This document shows, piece by piece, positions 26,155-40,092 of a stretch of DNA of 64,000 bases (within the stretch, counting starts at the first letter, position 1; every line of letters begins with the position of its first letter). The notes beneath the pieces are model-generated. The model did not search any database and was not told the origin of the DNA. It saw only the letters and a list, made by a program, of their open reading frames with translations. The DNA lies in NCBI GenBank assembly GCA_013239625.1, contig MU055922.1, positions 11,870,080 to 11,934,079 of the forward strand. Reading direction: 5' to 3'. Made by a program: the position numbers and the translations under genes. This DNA comes from Lama guanicoe. Its lineage: Eukaryota.

Positions 26155-27420
26155 TTTTAATTTTAATTTTTTATTTAATTTATTAATTATTAAAGTATAG
26201 CTAATTTACAATGTTGTGTTAGTTTCAAGTGTAGACCAAAATGGTTCAGTTTGTCTATCTATGGATAGATATATATCTACATATGGATACACATACTGTT
26301 TTTCAGATTCTTTTTCATAATAGGTTATTACAAGATATTGAATATAGTTCCTGTGCTGTAGAGTAGGTCTTTGTTTATCTACTATATATATACATATATA
26401 TAGTATATATGCATGCATTTATTAATCCCAAACCCCGTATTTATCCCTCCCCACCCCCTTTCTCCTTTGGCAACCATAAGTTTGTTTTCTATGTCTACAA
26501 GTTGATTTCTGTTTTGTAAATAAGTTCATTTGTATCATTTTTTTAGATTCCCCATGTAAGTGATATCATACGACGTTTGTCTTTCTCTGACTTAAATTCA
26601 TTTAGTATGAAAATGTCTAGGCNNNNNNNNNNNNNNNNNNNNNNNNNNNNNNNNNNNNNNNNNNNNNNNNNNNNNNNNNNNNNNNNNNNNNNNNNNNNNN
26701 NNNNNNNNNNNNNNNNNNNNNNNNNNNNNNNNNNNNNNNNNNNNNNNNNNNNNNNNNNNNNNNNNNNNNNNNNNNNNNNNNNNNNNNNNNNNNNNNNCTT
26801 TTCAAATTACAGTTTTNNNNNNNNNNNNNNNNNNNNNNNNNNNNNNNNNNNNNNNNNNNNNNNNNNNNNNNNNNNNNNNNNNNNNNNNNNNNNNNNNNNN
26901 NNNNNNNNNNNNNNNNNNNNNNNNNNNNNNNNNNNNNNNNNNNNNNNNNNNNNNNNNNNNNNNNNNNNNNNNNNNNNNNNNNNNTGTAGACTTTTTGATG
27001 ATGGCCATTCTGACTGGTGTGAGGTGATACCTCATTGTAGTTTTGATTTTCATTTTTCTGATAATTAGTGAGTTGAGCACCTTGTCATGTGCCTGTTGGC
27101 CATCTGCATGCCTACTTTGGAGAAATTTCTATTTAGGTCTTCTGCACATTCTTCAATTGGGTTGTTTGGTTTTTTGATATTGAGTTGTATGCACTGCTTG
27201 TATATTTTAGAAATTAATCCCTTGTCAGTCGTATTATTTGCAAATATTTTCTCCCATTCTATAGGTTGTTTTTTCATTTTGTTGGTGGCTTCCTTTGCTG
27301 TGCTAAAGTTTTTAAGTTTAATTAGGTCCCATTTCTTTATTTTTGCTTTTATTTCCATTGCTCTAGGACATGGATCCAAAAAAATATTGCTGTGACTTAT
27401 GTCAGAGTTTTCTGCCTATT
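26155..27420 (-). mobile_element. Truncated L1 with degenerate ORF2 C-terminus (gaps 26623-26797 and 26817-26984)
   Basis: Minus-strand ORFs EIKAKIKKWDLIKLKNF...WEKIFAN and KTTMRYHLTPVRMAIIKKS; L1 3'UTR; poly-T. Confidence 0.92.
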
Positions 27421-28556
27421 TAACTTTTTATTTTGATTACAGAGTCAAAATCAGATTTGCCAAAAACGTATTTCATAAATACTCTCTCTAAATAATGATT
27501 TATATTTCACATTTCATGTTATATAGTTTGTAACATCAAAGATACAACATGCTTGTTTTATTCTAGATAAAAGGTAAAATAAAATACTTTAAAGTGAAAA
27601 GAATAAAGGCATTGATAAAATTATCGCCAAACTATCTCATTAGTAACCATTACTCAGTATAATCACAGAATCTATCCCTTTATGCAAACCTATTTGTTTC
27701 AAGATGCCCATAATTCACTTTTTAGTAGTATAGTAAACAATTGAAATTATTCATTTAATTATTTGAAATTTATATTTAACATATGAATGTGAAATGCTCA
27801 GTAATTTACTCTGGTAAATTAGGTGGACATTAAAAACCACTGTGTTCAAATAAACCTGTATATGAAATTCTGACCATTTAAAAATAAGTTTGATATTGTT
27901 GGACAATCAGTTACACTACTGTATCTAGCATGTGTTAGAGCCTCTTAAGTGATTCTTGGATAATTATATTGGTTGGTCTCATTACAGATGAACAATGTGT
28001 TCTGACTGGGGCTTCTCCATTGAGATGGCCCTAGAAGAAATCTAGAAGTGAAATCCATCTCAATTAGGGCACCAGCCTGTCGCCTATTATTAACTGGGTT
28101 GTCAGCCCTGCAAGGTCTCAGGCTGTCTTCTTTACGTTTGTGCCCTGGCACCTAACACAGAGTCGGGAACATTGATGGATGACGAAGATGATAATCATTT
28201 TACTGAACAAAATTAAGGGACTGAGGACTAGACTAGAAAGTAGAGACTATGTGATTTTCTCTGTGCTTGGAAACATTAGTTTTGCTGATGATTGTGAGCA
28301 GTTACCTAATCTTGTTGCCAGTGTTCACCCCCTTTAGAATAGATGCATTAGCCTTTCTCACATATGTCAAGAGAATTTAAGAACACTTAATTGATCTCAA
28401 AGCTAGATGATGTTTCTTCTAGCTAGAATATTCTAGAATAAAAATTTAATCCCATAAATGTTTCCTTCAGATGTCTTCACTCTTAGATATGTTTATCATT
28501 TAGAGGCAGAGGGAGTATGTAAGATGAAGGCAGCAGGAAAACAGATAAAATTAAGG

Positions 28557-28790
28557 CGTATTGGGTTGATGGCTACAAACTACTATATATCAAATAGATA
28601 AGCAATAAGGACCTACTGTATAGCACAGGGAATTGTACCCATTATTTTGTAATGACCTAAAATGGAGTAGAATCTTCAAAAATACTGAATCACTATGCTG
28701 TATGCTTGAAACTAACATAATATTGTAAACCAATGATACTTTAATTTAAAAAACCCAGAAATGAATAAATGTTACATGAAAAAAAAAGAA
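28557..28790 (+). mobile_element. L1 3' end fragment
   Basis: aaactactatatatcaaatagataagcaataaggacctactgtatagcacagggaa. Confidence 0.8.
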
Positions 28791-29899
28791 CACTTAAGAT
28801 ATATCACATCAGAAATAAAATATAAATGAAAGAGGCTGTATCAATTATAAAATGGTTGGGAAAGAAAACAGACAAAATACTAAAGTGTTATTACCACAGG
28901 TTACCTGAGCACTGGTTAGGTGCCAGACATTTTACATGTATTTTTCAGTTCTCATAACCCATCAAAAGTGACAATAATATTGCTAGAAAGTGAGAATATT
29001 ATCTTAAGTTATGTATAAGAAAACTGAGGCTAAATGGGAAGTTAAGGAACTTTCTCAAATTCACACAGTTAGCAAGTGGTACAAGCAAGAAATTTCATTT
29101 TTGGCTTCCAAATTCACATACTTTCTCCCACAGTCTAGCAGGAGAAAGTATCGTCAGTGATATAATTTCATAAATGCTTAATTATAGTATCATCAGAATT
29201 TTAATTAAATATTTGTGAAATTACATGATCTATATAGGAGATTAGGGAATGAGTAAACTGACATTTACAATGACATCTGAAATATGAGCATGCACTTAGC
29301 CAGAGAAAGACAGGAAGAACTTTGAAAATTATTTCTCACCCTACAAGGAATATCACACTTTGTCCTACTGAGAGCTTATGAATGCCATTTTCTACTATAG
29401 GAACTCCTATTATGACAGTTGGAACAGTGGAGGCATTGTGTCCAGTAACATCATTTTTTAACATGAGGCCATAAAGCATGAAGCATTGAATAAGGGCCAT
29501 TGTGCTTGATTCAGGATAGCCCTAATCAGCAACTCACCATGCAAGTTCCAGTCAATAGACAAGTTCGACCTAAGAGGACAACTCTCCTTATCAGCCCTGT
29601 TTGTGTTTTGCTATCAAAGCTATTTTGCAACTCTCTAGAGATAATCCTTCCTGTTTGTTAGCAAAGACGCTTCCTTATAAACTCTTTTTTTTCTTTTTGA
29701 TGTAGACTGGAATAATTTTATTACTCACAGGAAGTTATTTCAGCTTTTAACTCAGCTCCTGATTATTTTAACACTCAAAACCTTTTTATCAACAGAGTGA
29801 ACGTTCAGCTTATCAAGTATTGGTGAGCAGTGTCAAAAAGATATCTTTTGTTGGGGGCGGGAAGATACAACAGAGTCCCACGTTAAGCTTTTCCCTAGC

Positions 29900-30168
29900 A
29901 CAAGGGTCACAAACTCAGATGCCTAGAACAGCCAGGAAGGTAATTCAATTAAAAAAAAATTGAGTCCGGTAGGGACTGGTGAACAGATAGCCACTATCCT
30001 ATCTGAAGGGGGCAGGCAGGACCCAGATCCAGTCAAATTCTATGCAGGAATTTGATCCAATGTCACCAGATCTCCAGGCTTTATTTGTTGTTGTTGTTGT
30101 TGTTGTTTTTAAGAGAAACCAGCAATCCAGATTCTTATATAATATCTCCATACTGTTAATGTTGGCAT
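29900..30168. mobile_element. MER102-like hAT remnant with (TTG)n
   Basis: ccagatctcc...aagagaaaccagcaatccagatt...aatgttggca. Confidence 0.5.
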
Positions 30169-30261
30169 TTAGTTTGTTTTAACATGCAGTTCTAACAAAA
30201 CACACCCATGAGCTTAGATTCAATGAACTTGCTTCTAGCCCATAGGACCTTAAATCGTATG

Positions 30262-31200
30262 AGTTCAGTAAACATTCACTGAGCACCTTCTCCGTGCCAG
30301 GTAGTGTGAAAAGGCACCAGAGATAATAAGACAAATACAATCCAACACCTGTCTTTGCATTGCTCACATTCCAGTGACAGGAATGGCATGGTGCAAATAA
30401 CTATTATCTAGTAGGAAAAAATGAAATTAATCATATAATCTCACACATATTTAATTATAAATTGTGATGATGAGTGCTGTAAAAGAAAAAATATATACAG
30501 CATAATCAGCGATCAGGGACGAAGTAAGCTTACACTGAAGTTGACATCTGAAGGATGAGCACACATTTATCCAAAGGAAGAAAGGGAGGAAGAACACTGT
30601 AGGCAGAGGGAATAATATCTGCAAAGACCCTGAGCTCAGATGGCACTTGGCATGTCTGGGAAATTACAAGGTGGTCCAAGTGACTGACCCATAGGACGCA
30701 AGGGGAAAAAAGTCACACATGATGAGAATGGAGAGAGAAGCAAGGGTAGATTATAAATGGACTTATGGCCATGTTAAGGATTTTGTGAAATAAGAAGCTG
30801 TTGTCAGGATGTTAAGCAGAAACATGAAAAAGTAAGATCTGGGGTTTTAAGGGATCATCCTGTCCACAGACTGGGAAATAGATTGGGAGAGTATTTTTGT
30901 GCCAGAGTCCCAATGACCAGTTAATAGGATAATTCTGGAGTCTAGACTTGTCCTAAAGTGATGACTGTAGAGATACAGAGGGGAGTGCAAACTTGGAATG
31001 TATTTTAGAGATAATAGATTGCTGTGGAGAACAAACTGTGCATGGCATAGAGGTTCAAAGGGAAATGACGCTGGACAGGTAGACTGGGGCGAACTCATGA
31101 GTGACTTCAGCTGCCATGGTAGCAAACCTGGACTTTATCCTGTAGGTAAGACAAAACTCTTGAAAGTTTTATGGAATGAGTTGACACAGTTGGATTCGTG
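30262..31200 (-). mobile_element. L2 remnants
   Basis: aaacattcactgagcaccttctccgtgccagg...aggcagagggaata...caaagaccctgag. Confidence 0.65.
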
Positions 31201-32547
31201 TTGTGCTAACAGTAACCTGGTTCAGTCTCCTGCCTTCAAAAGAATTTATGGTCCATCCATAACTAGTCATTTTTTCCCCTATGCTGCCATCAACAATAAA
31301 TTGGCAACTTCTGAGGGTATTAAAGTCCATCTTTGTTTCCCATCTGCAAGGCAAATAAAATCATGACTATAATATTATTTCAAGTTTGGTTGTATTATCT
31401 TCCATATACAGAAGATGATGCTCTGTCCTATGGAGAGCATGTCAATAAATCTAGATAAAAACTACTCAACTCTTCTCCCTTATGGCTTCTAGGCTCAGAA
31501 CCTCATGTGGTAATGCATGCAGTAATGCATGTTGCTGCAGTGCCTGAATGCTCCCTTGCTGATGGATGCATACGCCTTGTTTCTCTAGTCATCTCAGCTT
31601 TCACCTCAAGGAATTTCTCAAGCCAGTATACTAAACAAAGAGAACTGTATCCCAAAGAGAAGTTCAGGCACCAGCTGATGATGTGAAACTTCCACCTAAT
31701 TAAATGAGGAATGCCTCTGACAGAAGAAACTGCCCTTCCCACTTGCTACACATGATACCAATCTCTGCCCTTCCTGACCGCACTTGCTCCATCTCTAGCC
31801 ACATCTTCCTTTTGTTGTTGAAAGCCCCACCCAACCCTCTGCACTTCTTTTAATCTTCAGCATTACAGTTCCCTTTCTTCAATAAGGAAGACCAATTTCT
31901 ACATCCTCTCCCCTCCCACCAGTAGGGAAAGTTGAATACACATGAAAGTGTTACTGGTGGGTCTTTGGGCACACGAAGGACTGAAGTAAGACATGCAAAC
32001 TTCAGCGGGTAGATACATTTCATACTCACAAGGACAACTAGACCCTAAGACTAGGGGGCAAGCGTTGGGATGATCAGATGGTGGGGATGTGATAAACTGA
32101 TGAAACAGAGCTAAGGGTGGCAGGAGTTGGAAAGAAGATACGAAATATAGAGCAAAACAATACATAAGCAGACCTCAGTGTACTTACATCCCACACTAAC
32201 AGGCGATTAGACATTAAGATGTCTTGTCAATTGCCATAGAGAAAATATAGCCCAGTCTCTCGTTCTGAGATGATTTACTGATCTAAGGTGACTCACTTTT
32301 CCGATGTTATTTAAATAATAATTATTTAGATTGACTGGAAAACTAACTTGCTAAACTTTAAGTAATGTACTAGTAACATTTCTTACTCACTTTAGATCAG
32401 TATAGACACAAAGGTTTTATAATTACATAGATACAGAAGTGGATAGACGTGAGTCTCTCCAAATAATGAAGGTTTACTATAGAAAGGCATATACAGCTTT
32501 AACAGAGATCCTATATTCCCCCAGACTTGAGAGTGCTGAAAAAGTAG

Positions 32548-32808
<261 letters not shown>

Positions 32809-34009
32809 TAAAAAAAAATCAACAGCAAGAAAGATGTTGGACTAGTGAGGAGAACTATAATGGAATGAGGGTCCGGAGTGTCTTGGTAATTTTTGTAAAG
32901 CAAGCAGAGAGAGACGGTTGCAGAAACCAGATCAATGACATTGATACCTGAGGGCTTGGAATCTTTCTCTGTTTCTTCAGCCCCTCCTTCATCTTGGTCC
33001 TGGTTCTGATACCATGCCTGTATGATCTGTAACATTTACCTCAAGGCCACATGTTTCTAAAAGTATACAGTAGCCTATACTCTGCTGAGAGTCCTTGGAG
33101 AGAACTTTGACTAATGTGTCTGAGGTTTCGGTTGGTAATTTGGTCTGTAAACACAAAAAACTCCAGGTTCCTTTCTTGTAAATAAGCTGAACACATTGAG
33201 TGGTAGGTTTTAAACACACTCAGTTGACTTTATAAGAAATTTCATTGGCTGGGCTTCTTAAGAGCAAGCTTGGATTTTCATTTTACCCCAAAAGAATTCA
33301 GCCCATCTTTCATTAAAACAAACAACCTCAATGAACTGCACTGTGGAAATAATGTGATGGGTTCACCATCTGTCTATACATATACACATTCTATATCTAC
33401 ATACATTCCTAATTCATTTATTCACTACTCACTAACATGTTTGCATTGCCTGGTATATAGAAGATACTGTGATGACACTGAAAAAAACTTAAAACTTATA
33501 AAAAGCTCTTCTTTCATTTTACTATCAGCTGCATTTTTCACACATATGAGAATGGATTAATCTTGACCCTCTCAACCAATTCTAGTGTCTAGTGTCTATT
33601 GTCTAGTGTCCCAGTACATGGACTAGCAAGATGACTATATTAAATTTGGAGTGTGATGCTTTTACCAAATGAGATACAATCCTTATGTATTGACTTATTG
33701 ACACTGGAGGAAATGGATAGTCTTACTAAAGACTTGACAGTCACCAAATGTTTTCTTTCTGTTGCAGATCAAATTAACCTTTAAAGCCCCATTCCTCAGG
33801 ACTACAGGGTGCCAGAGAAAACAATGTGGCACCAGGATTTGAATAAGCCTCCAATCACTATTTCTGGATAGATGCTATTTAAAAAAAACAAGAACATCTT
33901 ATAGTTCTTATCATTTTGCTTGGCTGCTTATCACAAACTCTGCTGTCTAGGAATAGCTAATGAGAGCCTTCTACCTGGGATACTATTAAAAGTATGTCTC
34001 TTTTCACAG

Positions 34010-34153
34010 GCACCCTAACTGAGGATGGGATTCAGAAGATGTTTGACAAGCAACAGGTACTGATGTTTGCTGTGTTTGATGAAAGTAAAAGCTGGAACCA
34101 GTCATCATCCCTAATGTACACAGTCAATGGCTACGTGAATGGGACAATACCAG
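34010..34153 (+). CDS. F5: Factor V exon 5 (144 nt)
   Basis: [48 protein letters not shown]. Confidence 0.97.
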
Positions 34154-34994
34154 GTAACATGTGGGCTGTGCACACTATCCAACAGTTGAAGCATTAGTAC
34201 CGTTCGTCCTGTTGTTTTCCTCAAGGCACTAGGGATGTTGACCATACTCACTATTTTTTAACTCCTACTCTGAAAGGTACTATTATCCAGTTCAGTGGTT
34301 CTCAAGATTTTTTCATCTTTAAAAAAAAAAATAGTAAGTATAACAGACAAATTAGAAGCTACCTAAGAGAAGAAGTGTGCAGTCTTATTAGATGTAGTGC
34401 TCTGAGCAGGTTTCACCTTGGGCTGCCTCTCCGGAAAGACCTCCAGGATATCATCTTAGTCTCTTTCAGTGAGTTGTGTGGTCCCTGCTGCATGGTGACT
34501 ACACCTTCTTCCACAGAAGAAGCCCTATAGACAAACTCCCAGGTCAATCCCTGCAGGAAGGGTCAAGCAGGAAGAATGCAATGAAGACACTTACAGTGAA
34601 GATGAATAGATTAGAAGAAATATGCAACATACAAAAATACTATTAGCATTTCAAAAGGTGATGGCTGAGCAACATTCAATTGCATGTAGGATGTTTTTCT
34701 CTTTTCATTTGCATGTAGACTCTTGTGAACAAGCAAAACTATAACAATTGTTAAAAGAAAAAACAATTGGCTCCCACTTCTACCTCTTCTACTTCTCTCT
34801 GATAGAAATGACCTAGAACCAAAGCTCTTGTAGGGGGAAAAAATTGGAAAAAATCAAAATATAACTTTATTAAGTAAACTATGCTTCAAAACACTAAGTT
34901 TCTCAGAGGCCATACTCTATATTTGAAAATCACAATAGCTTCTTTTACTAAAAATAACACTTCAAGAGTTGAGGTCTAAACAGTTGTCTGGGAC

Positions 34995-35190
34995 TAAGAG
35001 TGGGAAAGTGTTGCTGCAGAGGGTCATGAGGGAACTATTTGGGGTGATGCAAATATCCTAAATCTTGACTGTGATGATGGTAATATGGGCATAGACATTT
35101 GTCACAACTCATTGAGCTTTACACTAAGAATAGATGCATTTTATTGTGTATAGTTTATACCTCAATAAAGCTTATGGGAAAGAAAAAAAA
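34995..35190 (+). mobile_element. Old L1M 3' end
   Basis: catgagggaactatttggggtgatg...ttatacctcaataaag plus A tail. Confidence 0.75.
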
Positions 35191-36370
35191 AGTTGAGGTC
35201 TAGACACTGCTTTTAAATTGCATTCTTCTATTTCATTTGATTCCATCTCTCCACCTAGGTTATTATAAATACATTCAGATGACTCTGGGTTGTAATTCAG
35301 AGTTTTAAAGCTCAGTTAACTGACATCTCCCTTAGGACATCTGAGCTCACACCTTGCTCACTTTTCTACCTTAGTGTGGTCAATGTGCTTACTTACAAAA
35401 ATGGATTAACCATCTATCCTGGTGCAGAGGGTGTTTAAGATTTTTTTTTTTTTAGATAAAATAGCATGTCTAGTACTATGGGTCTTAGAGGGGAGTGGTC
35501 AAAAGAGAAATTGTATCTGTATCCTGGCAGAGTGAATCATCTATGTAAACATAGAGAGAAGCCAAAAAATACACACAAAAGCAAAAAATTAATAACTCCA
35601 TCAGGATATAGAGTTCATAAATTTATAGTTGGAAAAGATAGAGTAGTTGAGGTTAATAAGGGCAAGGTAAGAAAATGTCATTAGTAGAAACTAAGAAAAG
35701 CTAATTAATGCCTGTAAAACTGCCTATGGAGCAGTGTAAATTGAATAAATATGATAAATGCTAATATAGATATATTAAATGCTGAGCCCAATATAAGCAT
35801 TGATTTGGGGTAGATAAATGCTTCCACCAAAGCCTTCTACCTTCTAGCTTCCTGTTCTTACCTGTGAGAACAGGAATCTGCCTTGTTACAACAGTCTAAA
35901 AAAGACACGCTCTTTGCCCCTCTTTGGGTAAGGGAATGATTCACAGCTTCAGGGTCTAGTATCTAATTATTACAGATCTGAAATTTAAAACCCAAGCCAA
36001 GGATAGAAGCCAGGGTTGGAATCTCCCACAGAGCAAATTAGCATTTTCTCAGTTGCTGTGGGAGCAAAGAAAGAGCAAAACAGCTTTTGTACTCAGTTCT
36101 CATTACTCCCTCCATGAAATGTTCCCAGCGGCCCAGCATAATGAGGATTTGTCCACTACATTTTAAGGAGATCCTATAACCCACAGAGTAGCTCGTTGCC
36201 TTGTCATTAAAACAATCAACAAGTAGGTAAAGAGGCAATATAAAATCCTTAAAGCATCTTCACATCTTCTTCCTCTTAGGATCAGGCCCTTTATGATTAC
36301 AGGATTAGACCCTTAAACTCAGTCCTATTAGAGGCTCTGGTAACTCCCTCCAGCTGAGCCCAGATTGGTT

Positions 36371-36480
36371 TTAGAGTGGCCAACTTCTCAGCTTGCCTAG
36401 GACTTCCTCAGTTCTAACACAGAGTTCTGCATCCTGGGAAAGCCCTCAGTCCTGGGTAAACCAGGATGGTGGGTCACCTA
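36371..36480. mobile_element. MER81-like MITE
   Basis: TIR-like ends tagagtggcca and gggtcaccta, about 110 bp. Confidence 0.65.
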
Positions 36481-36775
36481 CTTGCTTCTCTCTTGGGCCT
36501 AATTCCTTAGCAATCCCTACATTTCTGAGCTAACACTCCCTGTCTCTGGGCTCTTTAGTACCACATATTGCAATGAGTTCTGGCTGCTTGTTTGCCCTCC
36601 TCTGAGATGTCTGCTTTTTTAGGGCAGGAACCACAATTGGAGTGTCTATACCCTCAGAACCTTGCACAATACTTGATGTATAGCAGGCACTCAATATGTA
36701 TCTGGTGAGTGATTTTATTTTTAATCACAGACTGCTAATTGCCTGTTTTGGCCACCATCTCTCCCTCTCCTTCAG

Positions 36776-36997
36776 ATATAACAGTTTGTGCCTATGATCA
36801 CATCAGTTGGCATCTGATTGGAATGAGCTCTGGACCAGAACTGTTCTCCATTCATTTCAATGGCCAGGTCCTGGAGCAGAACCATCATAAGATCTCAGCC
36901 ATCACTCTCGTCAGTGCTACATCCACTACTGCAAACATGACTGCGAGCCCACAGGGAAAGTGGATCGTATCTTCTCTCATCCCAAAACATTTTCAAG
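36776..36997 (+). CDS. F5: Factor V exon 6 (222 nt), GC donor
   Basis: [35 protein letters not shown]...LIPKHFQ; donor AAG|GCAAGA. Confidence 0.95.
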
Positions 36998-38273
36998 GCA
37001 AGAAATTCTTCCAACAGTCTTGCTTATGAATGTAGGATCCTTTCTTCCTAGGCACAAACTCCCTCATTCTCCTTTGCCCTTTCAATCCACCCACACTCCA
37101 AAGGTACATGCCTTGGTCCCTGAGAACAGAATTTAGATATTTTGCTTTTAGACTTCTAATACATTAGTTGGGAAATGGAGGAAGTAGAGAAATTGACAGA
37201 TTTTTTTTAAACTGAAGCAAAAGCCAAAGAGGTCTCTACTTCCTTGAAAGGAGAAAGGAAACAAAAACATACATATATTCTTTCTTGGGGTATTTAATAT
37301 GCAGTTAAAGCAAAAGAACTAGGTATTGGAACAAGTCAAAGATCTGGATATTTATAGAAGTACCAAGATACAGAAAGTGTAAAGTTTTAACATGAAAAGA
37401 TTATCTTTTATAATAAGATAAGCACAAAGCCTGGCACAAAGAGGAACCCAAGATACGTATGTTGCAAGGAAAAAAAAAATCTCTAACCAGCTGAGGAGTG
37501 AGCTTTAAAGAACATTGGTGAGTTCTGGTGGGGGAAAAAAATCAACATAGGTTATTATATAGAATCACAAAAACAAACTAACTAATTATTCTATCACACA
37601 TTTCTGTTTTAAGACTGTTGGGAGGAGGGCTCCTGTAAACAGACTAAAATAAAAGTAAATAATATCACTATAGGAAATCATTGTGTTACCAACATAATGT
37701 GTATAAAAGCAAGACACATAAGAGGCACTTTATGGGGTCATTTCATTTTCCACACTGAATAGTCAAAACTGTATTTGAAGTAATGAAATTGTCACAATAT
37801 CCCTGGGAGATAGAATTCCAGATAATAATAAAACAGTAACAACAAAACTAACACTATTGAGGTTAAGTGCTTTTTGTACTATCTTCATTTTAACAATAAT
37901 TTTATACAGTACATACTAGCAATATCTTCATTTTATGAATAAAGGAATAGATGACAGGAAAAATGAGAAATTGGTAAGACCTAAGTCATAAGGTATTACG
38001 GATCTGGAAATTATGAGAAATTTTCCTTCTCTGGAAGAAAGAAAGGAAATCTTCCCAAGTTTTTCCCTGACCTACCCTCTCTTTCCTTTGCTTTTTATTC
38101 TTGTCCTTCTCTACTGTACTATAAGAGCTCCAAACCAAAATGTTCCAGTTGCCTATGCATTACTTTCACTGCTATTATTTAAACCTTCCACAAATTTATT
38201 TAAAAGGTATGCATTTTGATGAGCCTTAATTTCTTCTCTCAAATTCTTTCGTTGTCTTTATGTCCTAACTCAG

Positions 38274-38439
38274 CTGGGATGCAGGCTTACATAGACATTA
38301 AAAACTGTGCAAAGAAAACCAGGAATCCTAAGAAACTAACCCGAGACCAGAGGCGGCACATTAAGAGGTGGGAATACTTCATTGCTGCAGAGGAAGTCAT
38401 TTGGGACTATGCACCTATAATACCAGCAAACATGGACAA
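38274..38439 (+). CDS. F5: Factor V exon 7 (166 nt; APC site R306)
   Basis: [17 protein letters not shown]|[38 protein letters not shown]. Confidence 0.97.
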
Positions 38440-38573
38440 GTGAGTTTTGGGGGTTGTTACCAATGTGCAAAGGCTCAAGACATGTCCCATAGGGTCCTAG
38501 ATACGTGGGGGGGAAATGTCATGAATTGACAGCTTTCAAGATAATACATTTATTGGATTCCATTTGGGTCTTC

Positions 38574-39324
38574 CTTTTTTTTTTATTGAAATACAGTTAC
38601 AATATATCAATTTCTGGTGTATAGCACAATGTCCCAGTCATGCACATACATACATATATTTGCTTTCATATTCTTTTTCATTATAGGTTTTTTTCCCTAA
38701 TTTATTTATTTATTTTTAACTTTTTTAATTGAGTTATAGTCATTTTACAATGTTGTGTCATTCATTATAGGTTATTACAAGGTATTGAATATGGTTCCCT
38801 GTACTATATGGAAGAAACTTGGTTTTTTAAATCTGTTTTTATATATAGTGGCTAACATTTGCAAATTTATCCCTTCCTCCCCTTTCCCCCAGTAATCATA
38901 AGATTGTTTACTGTGTCTGTGAGTCTGTTTCTGTTTTGTAGANNNNNNNNNNNNNNNNNNNNNNNNNNNNNNNNNNNNNNNNNNNNNNNNNNNNNNNNNN
39001 NNNNNNNNNNNNNNNNNNNNNNNNNNNNNNNNNNNNNNNNNNNNNNNNNNNNNNNNNNNNNNNNNNNNNNNNNNNNNNNNNNNNNNNNNNNNNNNNNNNN
39101 NNNNNNNNNNNNNNNNNNNNNNNNNNNNNNNNNNNNNNNNNNNNNNNNNNNNNNNNNNNNNNNNNNNNNNNNNNNNNNNNNNNNNNNNNNNNNNNNNNNN
39201 NNNNNNNNNNNNNNTTGGGGTGCATGTATCTTTTTGAATTAGAGTTCCCTCCAGATACATGCCCAGGAGTGGCATTGCTGTATTATACGCTAAGTCTATT
39301 TTTAGTTTTTTGAGGAATCTCCCA
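38574..39324 (-). mobile_element. Truncated L1 (gap 38943-39214) with a nested L1 tip
   Basis: Minus strand PLLGMYLEGTLIQKDTCTP (ORF2 end); TSD-like ggtcttc(c)tttt on both sides. Confidence 0.88.
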
Positions 39325-39569
39325 GGTCTTCTTTTTCAAATCAGTCTGGAATTACTCCAAACTCACCAAGAGAGCTTAGCATAATAACAGTAGTAGTAGT
39401 AGTAACAATAATAATACTAATAATAGCAGCTACCATTTGTTGATTGCTTGCTATTGCCAAGCACTGTTAAACCCTTTCTAATAGCTTTGTTTTAACTCCA
39501 CAAGTTAGAAACAGATCTTATTTATTTTGTAGATTAGAAAATGTGTCGCTGAGATTAAGAAATTTGGAA

Positions 39570-40090
39570 ATTCCAATAGCTCTTAAACACTTGAAAAAAT
39601 ACTCAAGTTTACTCCCAGTTAGAGAAATATACAAATTAAGTTTCTCTGAAATACTATTTTTCACCTGTCAGATTCACAAGTTCAGATGACATAATCTATT
39701 GGCAAGGCTGTGGGAAACAAGCTCTATCATATATTGCTGGTGAAAGAGTAAACTGGAAAAGCCACTTTAGAAGATCATTTGGCAATATGTGTTAAAATTA
39801 CAAATGCATATATATATATCTTTCGACTGAGCAATCTCACTCTGGGAATTTACTATATAAATATACTAGTTTACAGGTGAAGTGATGTATGTATAGAATG
39901 TTCACTGCTGCACTGTTAGTAGTAGCAAAAGATTGGAAGCAACCCAAAATATCTGTCAATAGGAAATTAGTTTCATAAATCATGGTACATCCATATAATG
40001 GAACACTATGCAACTGTTTTTAAAAGTATGCAAACACTCTCTACGTACTAACATAAAAAGATCTCCAAGAAATATTTTAAAATTAGAGAG
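39570..40090 (+). mobile_element. Old L1M (L1ME-like) fragment, continuing after 41905
   Basis: gcaatctcactctgggaattt...aaaagattggaagcaacc...catggtacatccatataatggaacactatgca. Confidence 0.75.
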
Positions 40091-40092
40091 TC

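Noticed and set aside
26802-27379. L1 ORF2-like peptides as an active gene
   Set aside because: Truncated, frameshifted fossil
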